Shown one piece after another: positions 50,551-63,857 of a stretch of DNA of 64,000 nt (position 1 is the first letter of the stretch; each line of letters starts with the position of its first letter). This DNA comes from Auanema rhodensis (Eukaryota; Animalia; Nematoda). The stretch covers positions 11,284,001 to 11,348,000 of the forward strand of contig OZ059894.1 in the NCBI GenBank assembly GCA_964057225.1. Direction: 5' to 3'. Below the pieces are notes generated by a model, which worked only from the letters and a program-made list of their open reading frames with translations, searched no databases and was not told where the DNA came from. Made by a program: the position numbers and the translations under genes.

Positions 50551-53500
50551 ATGGTTTATTGAATAACTAATGTTATGATACAATAAATAACCAATAAAAA
50601 AGAGCCCAGAATCGGGGAGACGGTATTACCAGTACAACTTAAAACAGCAAGTAATTAAAAAGTACATAATAAGACACATTGCCAACAGAGGCTAAAACGA
50701 CTCAAGAGTCGGGGGAGTGGGTTAAAAAAAAATGAACAAAAAAAATGAATATTAAAGCAGAACAATGAGAAATCAAGTGCCGCTATGATCAAACAATTTG
50801 AGTGCCTACGGCAATGATGTTAAAAATAAACAACAAAATACATGTACCAATGAAGGTCAGAAAGAAAGAAACAAAAGACAAAATAAGTAATACAAAAAGT
50901 AAATACATTACAATCAAATCACAAACAAGTCAATTGATAATTTCTTCTTCATATTGCCTTACACCAGAAACATGTTCCACGTAGATATTCCTGGCCCACT
51001 TGATGGTATCGGCGACGACGAGCTTCTCCATTAGCCGGTTGTAGTGGCTGCTGATCTTGAGTGATCGGAGGGCTTGTCCGTTGAGCGGGTCCATAGTTCC
51101 AAGCATTCCTACGACATACGCTTCTACACTAGTCTTATAACCAAGACATTGGTATTGGCTGGCTATGTCAGCATATTTCCTCTCCTTTATCATACGCGCG
51201 GCTATCATGGCTTGACGGCGGTTTTCATAGCTCACTGTAACATCAACGATACTACAGTGTTTTGCGTCATGATCGACCACTACTATGTCAGGTCGGAGTG
51301 TACTATTAATGCCAGGAAGAGGCTGGTTAGTGTAAACTTCTCCGTTTTTAGGCTCTGGCAGGGCTTTGATAAGACGGTCCACGATGTTGTTGTGGCGGAG
51401 TTGGATTGCTCTCGTGTGAGAGTGGCAGTGTCCAAGAACATGTGCAGCAGTTTCGTTGGAGTAACTACACCTGCGGCACTGTTTGTTTCCTTCTCCGTGT
51501 CTTCTACAGCCATTGAGCTGGAGAGTATTGAGTCGAGCCTTGTGGATGAATCGCCAATCAGCAAACCGTATGAAATCTCCCTTCGCCATAAAGTGATTGG
51601 ACGCTTTGTTGAGCATTGTGACATCAAAGACTTTCCCTTGATCCGGTTTTTAAAGAAGGATCCGAAGGTCTTTCAGCCATAATGCACGTCGCAGGCTTCT
51701 GTGGCATAGTGAAGGTGTTAACAGTTGGTTGTTTAGATTGAGTTCTAAACCACTTTCGAGGCATGTCCAGTTAGCGTTGATGAGTTTCTTGAGTTGACGC
51801 ATCGCTACTCTTACTCTAGTCCAGATGGAGGAAACATCAGATGTTTCGGTGTCGAAAATGCCATCAACGGAACCGTTGTAATATGCAGCTGTCTCATCGT
51901 TACTGGCTTGACGTTTAATCCTTTTTGATGCTACTTTTTTTGAGTCTTGATGCGCAATATCAGCTACTACAAGATCAGATGACTTCAAAAGTTGGTAGGC
52001 ATGAGTGACTTCACAGACGTCTGACAGGTGTTGGAGTCGAGAGAGACCAAGTCCGCCGTAGTTAGTTGGCAGGTAGATTGGTTCAGCACTGGCGTTTGGA
52101 GGATAGTGCATCCATCTACGGGCACAGCGTTTGAGTTCTTTGTCAAAGGCGACTAGTTTACTCTTTGGGACGTGGCCATTCGTCATATGAAAATTAAGGC
52201 AGGGCATCAGGAAGGTGCGTACTGCGTCAGCTTTCTGCCATTCAGCAAGTAAGGATTTGTCAATTTTTTCCAAGTGTTGACTCATAATATTCACTGTTGG
52301 AACCGCAGACTTATGTAAATGCATTCCAGTAGGGATTCCCAGGTGGGAGTAGCTGTCAAATTTGCTAAGAGCGGGTAGAGAGGAGCTCTGTAGCATGTAT
52401 GAGGCTGTTGATATTTTCCCTATGTCGATCGTCAAGGTGGCGCATTTCGCTGGTTTGAAGGTCAAGCCTGTGAAATTAGCCGCATTTGATGCTGCGTCCA
52501 ACATTTTCTGTAGATCTTCTGATGATGAGGAGACCAGGGCAAGGTCATCGGCGTACGCTAGCACAGCGATGTTGTGGTTGTGTAGCTTATAGCCTGTAGA
52601 GGTTTCCAAGATGGTTTTAATTAGAGGTTCAATGGCAAGGTTGAACAGGATCGGAGATAGTGGGGATCCTTGTAACACACCTGCGTGAACTGGAATGGTC
52701 GAAGTGAGTCCGGAGCCTGTCTGGATTCTTGTAGAGGCATCTGTGTATAGAGCTCGTACTCGGGATATTGAGGCTTCAGCCATTCCTGACCATCTTAGAA
52801 CGTCTAGCAGAGTTTCGTGTGGCAGCGATCCAAAAGCGTTTGCGAGATCAAGCCAAGCAATTGCAATTTTCTCACGTTTACGTTTAGCGTCCGCAATGGT
52901 ACTTTGCAACATAAAGTTGTGTTCCATGCATCCAGCTTTGGCCACAAAGCCCTTTTGGGAGGGAGAAAGTCTTTTTTCTGCTCTTGCCCATGTTAGCAGT
53001 CGATGCGTAAGACAAGCTGAGTACGTCTTACCAATTGTGCACGAAAGTGCTATTGGTCGCCAGTTGTTAATGTCAGCTTTATCACCTTTCTTATGGATGA
53101 GGACGGTGGTCGACTCTTTCCAGGAAAAAGGGATGTGTCCTAGCTTGTGTACGGTGTTAAATATCGCTGCTAATATGTGACCTCCTTGGTCAAATTTCTT
53201 CCAGTGCGAGTATCGAAGTCCATCAGCTCCTGGAGCCGTATCGCTGCAACGTCGTATGCGTTCCCAGACTTCCAAAGGGGTGAAAACACCTTCTAGTGGG
53301 TCGGTACTAGCTGGCAAATCCGGTCTGGTGACTGTGATGGGGAGGGCTGGGCCTTGACTGCTGTGAACAGAAAGGAAGTGTTTTTCAACCTCTGCAGATG
53401 GTATGGTGCAGGTTTCACTTTGTTCTCCGAGCAGTTGTCGAAAGGCTTTCTTCTTGTTGGCCCTCCAAAGCTTCTGGAGCTTCATCGCCTGGGTTTTTTG

Positions 53501-54260
53501 GTCTTCCTCAGGTTGTGTGTGTGGTCGGCGCCTTTGTCGGAAGTTGGGAACTTTGATCATAATGTCAAGAGACTTTCTGATTGTGTCTACCAACTCTTCC
53601 AGGACCTGCTCGAGCTCACTTTTGCACACTACCTTTTTAATTCTATCCACCCAAATATTTTCAGAGTTTCTATTCGGATCAGGGTCGGCAAAAGATGGTT
53701 CTGTACTCGGAACCCTGATCTCGTTGAATATTTCACTCTCTCGCGGAAGGGGGGAAACTTCGGCCTCTGGGGACAAGTCCAGAATTGGGGCCTCAAACAA
53801 GCGTACCGTTGATGGAGATCCTTGTTCCTGTCCACTGGATGATGTTTCCTCCATTGTACGCTCCTCCACGGGCGGGGTGGTCGTCCTTGTGCCTGGTGGG
53901 CGGGTGTTCCTGATCCTCCGCAATATAGGGCGGGAACTGGGCTCTCTCGGAGATAGAGGTGAGATCACCACAGTTTCCTCTATGATGCGGAGACATCCTT
54001 CAGCTTTTTTCTGATGGCTTTTAACGGCCTTCAGATTGCTGGTGAGGCCACAGGCACGGCACTCAAATTCTACTCTGACCTCATGTTCTCTCCGAAGATG
54101 GCGGACGAGACCATTGTGGTCTGAGTAGGATCGCGGAATAGGAGCGCAGATTGAACACGAAAAAGGGCTCTGAAGAGGCACCTTTAGCTTGTAAAGCCCT
54201 TGCTCCATCTCTAGCAGATCTAAAGACTTACGTAGTACAGTTGCAATATCGATTTAGCCA
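50551..54260 (-). mobile_element. Full-length, more diverged Utopia-like copy with a nonsense mutation
   Basis: Both ends intact; 3' UTR indels; several amino-acid changes relative to the 1605 copy. Confidence 0.95.
50930..54208 (-). pseudogene. Retrotransposon ORF split by CAA>TAA at 51650-51652 (codon 853), which removes the endonuclease
   Basis: ORFs 51650-54208 and 50930-51616 are in the same frame; total 3279 nt. Confidence 0.93.
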
Positions 54261-54319
54261 TTAACCTTATTGTGAACCAATGGAACACATATCGAAGGTT
54301 AATTCGATAAGAACGATTA
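54261..54319 (-). pseudogene. U2: U2 nt 38-96 between two tandem insertions
   Basis: Exact 59-bp U2 segment. Confidence 0.92.
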
Positions 54320-55237
54320 ATGGTTTATTGGATAACTAATGTTATGAAACAATAAATAACCAATAAAAAAGAGCCCAGAATCGGGGAGACGGTATTACCA
54401 GTACAACTTAAAACAACAAGTGATTAAAAAGTACAAAATAAAACACATTACCAACAGAGGCTAAAACGACTCAAGAGTCGGGGGAGTGGGTTAAAAAATT
54501 ACTGAAGCCCGAAGGCAGCGAGAAATAGTAAGGATACTACCTGCACTGAGTGCGTCGTATCATAAAAAAAGAGATAGCTAATGGGCAAGTTGAAGAGCTT
54601 GAAATTAACAATGACGTCACTAGAAGTAAAGTTTTCTATCTGCAGCTGCGGGTAAAGAGGGTCAGCGTAAGCAGAATTCAATTCTACCAACAATTAGTGG
54701 GAACATTGAGAGAACAGATGAAGGAGGAAATTGTAACTTCAAGTAAAATAGATTATATCTTCAGCTGCGGGTAAAGAGAGTCAGCTTTGTACAGATTACT
54801 AGTTTACATAAGAAGTGGTAACATTTCAAAAAAGGAGCACAACATAAAAAACGAGACTACGGACTATGAGGTAAATGTTATCATTGTCTGGATCGATGAT
54901 TCGGCATTTGATTGCAGCTGCGGATTGAGTGGATCAGCTTGCATGGCGTCCGCATTCGACATCAGGGAAAATGATGAGTTTCTTGAGGTCCGGCTCGGCG
55001 GGCTGTTATGTCCTATTCCCTGTTGATGGTGTTGTTGTCCTTGAGCTTGTTCTTCTTCCCAGAAAAAAAAAACTGTGAAGCTGAAGAGTCCTATTAAACG
55101 TCTTTAAACGCAAGATTAATAAGAAGCTACTACAGCTAACACAGGACCGCCTCAAGGCCTGGTAGATCAACCAGTGTTGCTTCAATCACCAAGTATTGCG
55201 GCCTGGGCCCTTGGATCAATTCACAACACCAGTATAG
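54320..55237 (-). mobile_element. Putative non-autonomous passenger retroelement: 739-bp unique body plus the 179-bp Utopia-like 3' tail
   Basis: 3' junction at U2 nt 37/38; 54320-54498 matches the element 3' UTR; 54499-55237 occurs once in the window and has no credible ORF. Confidence 0.7.
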
Positions 55238-55316
55238 CAATGGAACACATATCGAAGGTTAATTCGATAAGAACGATTACTACACTTTGATCTTAGCCAA
55301 AAGGCCGAGAAGCGAT
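55238..55316 (-). pseudogene. U2: U2 nt 1-79 with normal upstream flank, heading the passenger insert
   Basis: caatggaacac...gagaagcgat followed by the usual acagcatagcc. Confidence 0.92.
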
Positions 55317-55758
55317 ACAGCATAGCCATGAGTATCAAAGACATCAAGCAAATGTATCGTACTTGTTACGAGTGCACTCTCTCATTTGAATATAAAAGTG
55401 TGGTTTGACAATCTTGACTGTACAGGTCATAAATGGCTCATATAAACTGTGGATTTACTCAACTTTTGGACTTATTTTTTTCTTATTCGAAGCGCTGCAC
55501 TTTTTTCTATTCTTTTTATTCAAATACTTGTATATAGTTTTATATGTACGGTTGCAAAGTTTCCGAATATTTTATATATTTTTATACAATAATTAGGAGA
55601 AGGTTAATACAATGAAATCTCCCAACTTTACAGTGTTTGTATTGCTTACAGTATCTAGAACAACCACTCTTGTAATATTAGAGCACATATCAATCAACAA
55701 CTTTTTCTAGTTATCAAAGCTTTTTTATTTCTTCAAGATATTTCAAATAAAATATAAA

Positions 55759-55877
55759 AGCTTACGACACCCGGGATTCCCAAGCCGTCTCCGATCCAAG
55801 TACTAACCGGGCCCAACGTTGCTTGACTTGCCAGATCGGACGGGATGGCGTACTTTCAACGTGGTATGGTCGTAAGC
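55759..55877 (-). rRNA. 5S: 5S rRNA gene
   Basis: Same 119-mer. Confidence 0.97.
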
Positions 55878-56118
55878 AATGTTATATTCTTCATTATCAG
55901 TTATATCACTCTAAATCTTGTTGTTAATAGTTAGGACCACAAAGAAAACAACAGGAACAGTAACAAATGAAATGCCCAAACTTTACAGTGTTCGAGTTAT
56001 TTACAGTATCTAAGACTACCTCTGTCGTGTTATTAGAGCAAACATTCGATTAACAACAACTTTTTTTTAGTTATCAAAGCTTTTTTATTTCTTCAAAAAA
56101 TTTCAAATAAAATATAAA

Positions 56119-56237
56119 AGCTTACGACACCCGGGATTCCCAAGCCGTCTCCGATCCAAGTACTAACCGGGCCCAACGTTGCTTGACTTGCCAGATCGGA
56201 CGGGATGGCGTACTTTCAACGTGGTATGGTCGTAAGC
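56119..56237 (-). rRNA. 5S: 5S rRNA gene
   Basis: Same 119-mer. Confidence 0.97.
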
Positions 56238-56379
56238 AATGTCATATTCTTCATTATCAGTTATATCACTCTAAATCTTGTTGTTAATAGATACGACCAC
56301 AAAGAAAACAACAGGAACAGTAACAATAACAAAAAAAATTTTTTTTTCACCTATGTGTCTAAAGGTTAGCCATGTATCC

Positions 56380-56429
<50 letters not shown>

Positions 56430-57611
56430 ACAGTAAAAAGTCCAATCAAGAGAGAAATTTTTTCAACACATAGTTGTTTTTTTTTTAAATATCATTGTTT
56501 TTCCTCATAACTCGGTTTAAACTCGTTCTAACCCGTTGAAATACGTCTAGAAAGTCTTTATAACATGCATATGTATGATAGAACTTCATATTTATTGTAA
56601 TAGAAAATTTTATTTTCAGACGTCTTGGTTAACAATGATATGTTTTACCCCCTTATAATTTTTATCATAATGTTCCTTATACGGAACGCTCAATGAAACT
56701 TGCTTCCAGAAAAATTTCTTTCTATTTTTTCTTCATATGTACGTAGATACTATAGAGAACTATGATAGAAAACTTTAACATTCACGAAATCATCATTTCT
56801 CATTACGCTACGGAGGTTTAAAAAGCTGTGTTTTACCTTATAATAGACCGGAAAACCCTTGTGTTAAAACTGGACCGTTTTTACACATATAAAAATGTCC
56901 CGTATTCGGGACCCTAATGTAACTTTTGATTCCCTATATTTTTTTTCATGAAATTTACAATCTACTGTAGAAAGAAGAATTATTTTTATAAAAACTGTAA
57001 ATTTTTGAAAAATGAAAACAAAACGAAAACAAAAACAACTTTTTTTTGAACATTTTCTCACACAAGGGTCCCCCCTTACCTACTTTTTTTCTCATTACTC
57101 GTTTCAACCTCATCCGATCACTCTGCAAACATGTTTAATCGTTCTAACTTGTTGAAATACGTCTTAAAAGTCTAAACAACATGCATATGCATAATAGAAA
57201 CCACCCGAATAGGCCCCCACGCACTAAACGAGATATATACATTACCAGTATAGTAATAGAACACATATTGAAGATTAATTCGATAAGAACAATTTATTGA
57301 CGTAGAGAATGTTTGTTCCGAAAAACTACAATATTAAACTATAAAAGTAACAAAAGCGTAGAGGCAGCAAAGACATGAATAAACATAAATGTAAATACAG
57401 AATTACCAGGTAGTACATAAGTATGACAAAAAATTATAAGAAAGCCATGAAAATAGAAGGTTTGTGAACAAATGAGAGGTACATCTTTGATCGTATAGTC
57501 ATTTCTAAACCGTTCGTATGCTGCAGCATCGTCATAAGCGTCACTCAAGTTGAATTTCCATGTGTACTACACGATTTTCATTCTTATTGTTACATTCTTT
57601 CCCTGAGGGAA

Positions 57612-57795
57612 TGGGCCGTTCCCGCCAGCAGTGCAAGAGCGGGTCGACCCGTGAGGTGGAGCTAGCAAGCCAGCATCTACCTCAAGTCTCAAAAATCGGT
57701 TAACCTTATTGTGAACCAATGGAACACATATCGAAGGTTAATTCGATAAGAACGATTACTACACTTTGATCTTAGCCAAAAGGCCGAGAAGCGAT
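57612..57795 (-). ncRNA. U2: U2 snRNA gene
   Basis: Matches 5727-5910. Confidence 0.96.
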
Positions 57796-58237
57796 ACAGC
57801 ATAGCCATGAGTATCAAAGACATCAAGCAAATGTATCGTACTTGTTACGAGTGCACTCTCTCATTTGAATATAAAAGTGTGGTTTGACAATCTTGACTGT
57901 ACAGGTCATAAATGGCTCATATAAACTGTGGATTTACTCAACTTTTGGACTTATTTTTTTCTTATTCGAAGCGCTGCACTTTTTTCTATTCTTTTTATTC
58001 AAATACTTGTATATAGTTTTATATGTACGGTTGCAAAGTTTCCGAATATTTTATATATTTTTATACAATAATTAGGAGAAGGTTAATACAATGAAATCTC
58101 CCAACTTTACAGTGTTTGTATTGCTTACAGTATCTAGAACAACCACTCTTGTAATATTAGAGCACATATCAATCAACAACTTTTTCTAGTTATCAAAGCT
58201 TTTTTATTTCTTCAAGATATTTCAAATAAAATATAAA

Positions 58238-58356
58238 AGCTTACGACACCCGGGATTCCCAAGCCGTCTCCGATCCAAGTACTAACCGGGCCCAACGTTG
58301 CTTGACTTGCCAGATCGGACGGGATGGCGTACTTTCAACGTGGTATGGTCGTAAGC
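58238..58356 (-). rRNA. 5S: 5S rRNA gene
   Basis: Same 119-mer. Confidence 0.97.
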
Positions 58357-58597
58357 AATGTTATATTCTTCATTATCAGTTATATCACTCTAAATCTTGT
58401 TGTTAATAGTTAGGACCACAAAGAAAACAACAGGAACAGTAACAAATGAAATGCCCAAACTTTACAGTGTTCGAGTTATTTACAGTATCTAAGACTACCT
58501 CTGTCGTGTTATTAGAGCAAACATTCGATTAACAACAACTTTTTTTTAGTTATCAAAGCTTTTTTATTTCTTCAAAAAATTTCAAATAAAATATAAA

Positions 58598-58716
58598 AGC
58601 TTACGACACCCGGGATTCCCAAGCCGTCTCCGATCCAAGTACTAACCGGGCCCAACGTTGCTTGACTTGCCAGATCGGACGGGATGGCGTACTTTCAACG
58701 TGGTATGGTCGTAAGC
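58598..58716 (-). rRNA. 5S: 5S rRNA gene
   Basis: Same 119-mer. Confidence 0.97.
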
Positions 58717-58858
58717 AATGTCATATTCTTCATTATCAGTTATATCACTCTAAATCTTGTTGTTAATAGATACGACCACAAAGAAAACAACAGGAACAGT
58801 AACAATAACAAAAAAAATTTTTTTTTCACCTATGTGTCTAAAGGTTAGCCATGTATCC

Positions 58859-58896
<38 letters not shown>

Positions 58897-60078
58897 ACAG
58901 TAAAAAGTCCAATCAAGAGAGAAATTTTTTCAACACATAGTTGTTTTTTTTTTAAATATCATTGTTTTTCCTCATAACTCGGTTTAAACTCGTTCTAACC
59001 CGTTGAAATACGTCTAGAAAGTCTTTATAACATGCATATGTATGATAGAACTTCATATTTATTGTAATAGAAAATTTTATTTTCAGACGTCTTGGTTAAC
59101 AATGATATGTTTTACCCCCTTATAATTTTTATCATAATGTTCCTTATACGGAACGCTCAATGAAACTTGCTTCCAGAAAAATTTCTTTCTATTTTTTCTT
59201 CATATGTACGTAGATACTATAGAGAACTATGATAGAAAACTTTAACATTCACGAAATCATCATTTCTCATTACGCTACGGAGGTTTAAAAAGCTGTGTTT
59301 TACCTTATAATAGACCGGAAAACCCTTGTGTTAAAACTGGACCGTTTTTACACATATAAAAATGTCCCGTATTCGGGACCCTAATGTAACTTTTGATTCC
59401 CTATATTTTTTTTCATGAAATTTACAATCTACTGTAGAAAGAAGAATTATTTTTATAAAAACTGTAAATTTTTGAAAAATGAAAACAAAACGAAAACAAA
59501 AACAACTTTTTTTTGAACATTTTCTCACACAAGGGTCCCCCCTTACCTACTTTTTTTCTCATTACTCGTTTCAACCTCATCCGATCACTCTGCAAACATG
59601 TTTAATCGTTCTAACTTGTTGAAATACGTCTTAAAAGTCTAAACAACATGCATATGCATAATAGAAACCACCCGAATAGGCCCCCACGCACTAAACGAGA
59701 TATATACATTACCAGTATAGTAATAGAACACATATTGAAGATTAATTCGATAAGAACAATTTATTGACGTAGAGAATGTTTGTTCCGAAAAACTACAATA
59801 TTAAACTATAAAAGTAACAAAAGCGTAGAGGCAGCAAAGACATGAATAAACATAAATGTAAATACAGAATTACCAGGTAGTACATAAGTATGACAAAAAA
59901 TTATAAGAAAGCCATGAAAATAGAAGGTTTGTGAACAAATGAGAGGTACATCTTTGATCGTATAGTCATTTCTAAACCGTTCGTATGCTGCAGCATCGTC
60001 ATAAGCGTCACTCAAGTTGAATTTCCATGTGTACTACACGATTTTCATTCTTATTGTTACATTCTTTCCCTGAGGGAA

Positions 60079-60262
60079 TGGGCCGTTCCCGCCAGCAGTG
60101 CAAGAGCGGGTCGACCCGTGAGGTGGAGCTAGCAAGCCAGCATCTACCTCAAGTCTCAAAAATCGGTTAACCTTATTGTGAACCAATGGAACACATATCG
60201 AAGGTTAATTCGATAAGAACGATTACTACACTTTGATCTTAGCCAAAAGGCCGAGAAGCGAT
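60079..60262 (-). ncRNA. U2: U2 snRNA gene
   Basis: Matches 5727-5910. Confidence 0.96.
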
Positions 60263-60704
60263 ACAGCATAGCCATGAGTATCAAAGACATCAAGCAAATG
60301 TATCGTACTTGTTACGAGTGCACTCTCTCATTTGAATATAAAAGTGTGGTTTGACAATCTTGACTGTACAGGTCATAAATGGCTCATATAAACTGTGGAT
60401 TTACTCAACTTTTGGACTTATTTTTTTCTTATTCGAAGCGCTGCACTTTTTTCTATTCTTTTTATTCAAATACTTGTATATAGTTTTATATGTACGGTTG
60501 CAAAGTTTCCGAATATTTTATATATTTTTATACAATAATTAGGAGAAGGTTAATACAATGAAATCTCCCAACTTTACAGTGTTTGTATTGCTTACAGTAT
60601 CTAGAACAACCACTCTTGTAATATTAGAGCACATATCAATCAACAACTTTTTCTAGTTATCAAAGCTTTTTTATTTCTTCAAGATATTTCAAATAAAATA
60701 TAAA

Positions 60705-60823
60705 AGCTTACGACACCCGGGATTCCCAAGCCGTCTCCGATCCAAGTACTAACCGGGCCCAACGTTGCTTGACTTGCCAGATCGGACGGGATGGCGTACT
60801 TTCAACGTGGTATGGTCGTAAGC
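60705..60823 (-). rRNA. 5S: 5S rRNA gene
   Basis: Same 119-mer. Confidence 0.97.
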
Positions 60824-61064
60824 AATGTTATATTCTTCATTATCAGTTATATCACTCTAAATCTTGTTGTTAATAGTTAGGACCACAAAGAAAACAACAG
60901 GAACAGTAACAAATGAAATGCCCAAACTTTACAGTGTTCGAGTTATTTACAGTATCTAAGACTACCTCTGTCGTGTTATTAGAGCAAACATTCGATTAAC
61001 AACAACTTTTTTTTAGTTATCAAAGCTTTTTTATTTCTTCAAAAAATTTCAAATAAAATATAAA

Positions 61065-61183
61065 AGCTTACGACACCCGGGATTCCCAAGCCGTCTCCGA
61101 TCCAAGTACTAACCGGGCCCAACGTTGCTTGACTTGCCAGATCGGACGGGATGGCGTACTTTCAACGTGGTATGGTCGTAAGC
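61065..61183 (-). rRNA. 5S: 5S rRNA gene
   Basis: Same 119-mer. Confidence 0.97.
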
Positions 61184-61326
61184 AATGTCATATTCTTCAT
61201 TATCAGTTATATCACTCTAAATCTTGTTGTTAATAGATACGACCACAAAGAAAACAACAGGAACAGTAACAATAACAAAAAAAATTTTTTTTTCACCTAT
61301 GTGTCTAAAGGTTAGCCATGTATCCG

Positions 61327-61382
<56 letters not shown>

Positions 61383-62564
61383 ACAGTAAAAAGTCCAATC
61401 AAGAGAGAAATTTTTTCAACACATAGTTGTTTTTTTTTTAAATATCATTGTTTTTCCTCATAACTCGGTTTAAACTCGTTCTAACCCGTTGAAATACGTC
61501 TAGAAAGTCTTTATAACATGCATATGTATGATAGAACTTCATATTTATTGTAATAGAAAATTTTATTTTCAGACGTCTTGGTTAACAATGATATGTTTTA
61601 CCCCCTTATAATTTTTATCATAATGTTCCTTATACGGAACGCTCAATGAAACTTGCTTCCAGAAAAATTTCTTTCTATTTTTTCTTCATATGTACGTAGA
61701 TACTATAGAGAACTATGATAGAAAACTTTAACATTCACGAAATCATCATTTCTCATTACGCTACGGAGGTTTAAAAAGCTGTGTTTTACCTTATAATAGA
61801 CCGGAAAACCCTTGTGTTAAAACTGGACCGTTTTTACACATATAAAAATGTCCCGTATTCGGGACCCTAATGTAACTTTTGATTCCCTATATTTTTTTTC
61901 ATGAAATTTACAATCTACTGTAGAAAGAAGAATTATTTTTATAAAAACTGTAAATTTTTGAAAAATGAAAACAAAACGAAAACAAAAACAACTTTTTTTT
62001 GAACATTTTCTCACACAAGGGTCCCCCCTTACCTACTTTTTTTCTCATTACTCGTTTCAACCTCATCCGATCACTCTGCAAACATGTTTAATCGTTCTAA
62101 CTTGTTGAAATACGTCTTAAAAGTCTAAACAACATGCATATGCATAATAGAAACCACCCGAATAGGCCCCCACGCACTAAACGAGATATATACATTACCA
62201 GTATAGTAATAGAACACATATTGAAGATTAATTCGATAAGAACAATTTATTGACGTAGAGAATGTTTGTTCCGAAAAACTACAATATTAAACTATAAAAG
62301 TAACAAAAGCGTAGAGGCAGCAAAGACATGAATAAACATAAATGTAAATACAGAATTACCAGGTAGTACATAAGTATGACAAAAAATTATAAGAAAGCCA
62401 TGAAAATAGAAGGTTTGTGAACAAATGAGAGGTACATCTTTGATCGTATAGTCATTTCTAAACCGTTCGTATGCTGCAGCATCGTCATAAGCGTCACTCA
62501 AGTTGAATTTCCATGTGTACTACACGATTTTCATTCTTATTGTTACATTCTTTCCCTGAGGGAA

Positions 62565-62748
62565 TGGGCCGTTCCCGCCAGCAGTGCAAGAGCGGGTCGA
62601 CCCGTGAGGTGGAGCTAGCAAGCCAGCATCTACCTCAAGTCTCAAAAATCGGTTAACCTTATTGTGAACCAATGGAACACATATCGAAGGTTAATTCGAT
62701 AAGAACGATTACTACACTTTGATCTTAGCCAAAAGGCCGAGAAGCGAT
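62565..62748 (-). ncRNA. U2: U2 snRNA gene
   Basis: Matches 5727-5910. Confidence 0.96.
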
Positions 62749-63190
62749 ACAGCATAGCCATGAGTATCAAAGACATCAAGCAAATGTATCGTACTTGTTA
62801 CGAGTGCACTCTCTCATTTGAATATAAAAGTGTGGTTTGACAATCTTGACTGTACAGGTCATAAATGGCTCATATAAACTGTGGATTTACTCAACTTTTG
62901 GACTTATTTTTTTCTTATTCGAAGCGCTGCACTTTTTTCTATTCTTTTTATTCAAATACTTGTATATAGTTTTATATGTACGGTTGCAAAGTTTCCGAAT
63001 ATTTTATATATTTTTATACAATAATTAGGAGAAGGTTAATACAATGAAATCTCCCAACTTTACAGTGTTTGTATTGCTTACAGTATCTAGAACAACCACT
63101 CTTGTAATATTAGAGCACATATCAATCAACAACTTTTTCTAGTTATCAAAGCTTTTTTATTTCTTCAAGATATTTCAAATAAAATATAAA

Positions 63191-63309
63191 AGCTTACGAC
63201 ACCCGGGATTCCCAAGCCGTCTCCGATCCAAGTACTAACCGGGCCCAACGTTGCTTGACTTGCCAGATCGGACGGGATGGCGTACTTTCAACGTGGTATG
63301 GTCGTAAGC
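63191..63309 (-). rRNA. 5S: 5S rRNA gene
   Basis: Same 119-mer. Confidence 0.97.
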
Positions 63310-63550
63310 AATGTTATATTCTTCATTATCAGTTATATCACTCTAAATCTTGTTGTTAATAGTTAGGACCACAAAGAAAACAACAGGAACAGTAACAAAT
63401 GAAATGCCCAAACTTTACAGTGTTCGAGTTATTTACAGTATCTAAGACTACCTCTGTCGTGTTATTAGAGCAAACATTCGATTAACAACAACTTTTTTTT
63501 AGTTATCAAAGCTTTTTTATTTCTTCAAAAAATTTCAAATAAAATATAAA

Positions 63551-63669
63551 AGCTTACGACACCCGGGATTCCCAAGCCGTCTCCGATCCAAGTACTAACC
63601 GGGCCCAACGTTGCTTGACTTGCCAGATCGGACGGGATGGCGTACTTTCAACGTGGTATGGTCGTAAGC
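63551..63669 (-). rRNA. 5S: 5S rRNA gene
   Basis: Same 119-mer. Confidence 0.97.
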
Positions 63670-63811
63670 AATGTCATATTCTTCATTATCAGTTATATCA
63701 CTCTAAATCTTGTTGTTAATAGATACGACCACAAAGAAAACAACAGGAACAGTAACAATAACAAAAAAAATTTTTTTTTCACCTATGTGTCTAAAGGTTA
63801 GCCATGTATCC

Positions 63812-63857
<46 letters not shown>

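Noticed and set aside
54499-55026. ORFs of 64-79 aa in the passenger body
   Set aside because: Short, non-ATG starts, both strands, no motifs.
55081-55130. CTGAAGAG plus a stem, resembling a hammerhead ribozyme core
   Set aside because: No GAAA after stem II, no stems I/III found, and it is antisense to the insert.
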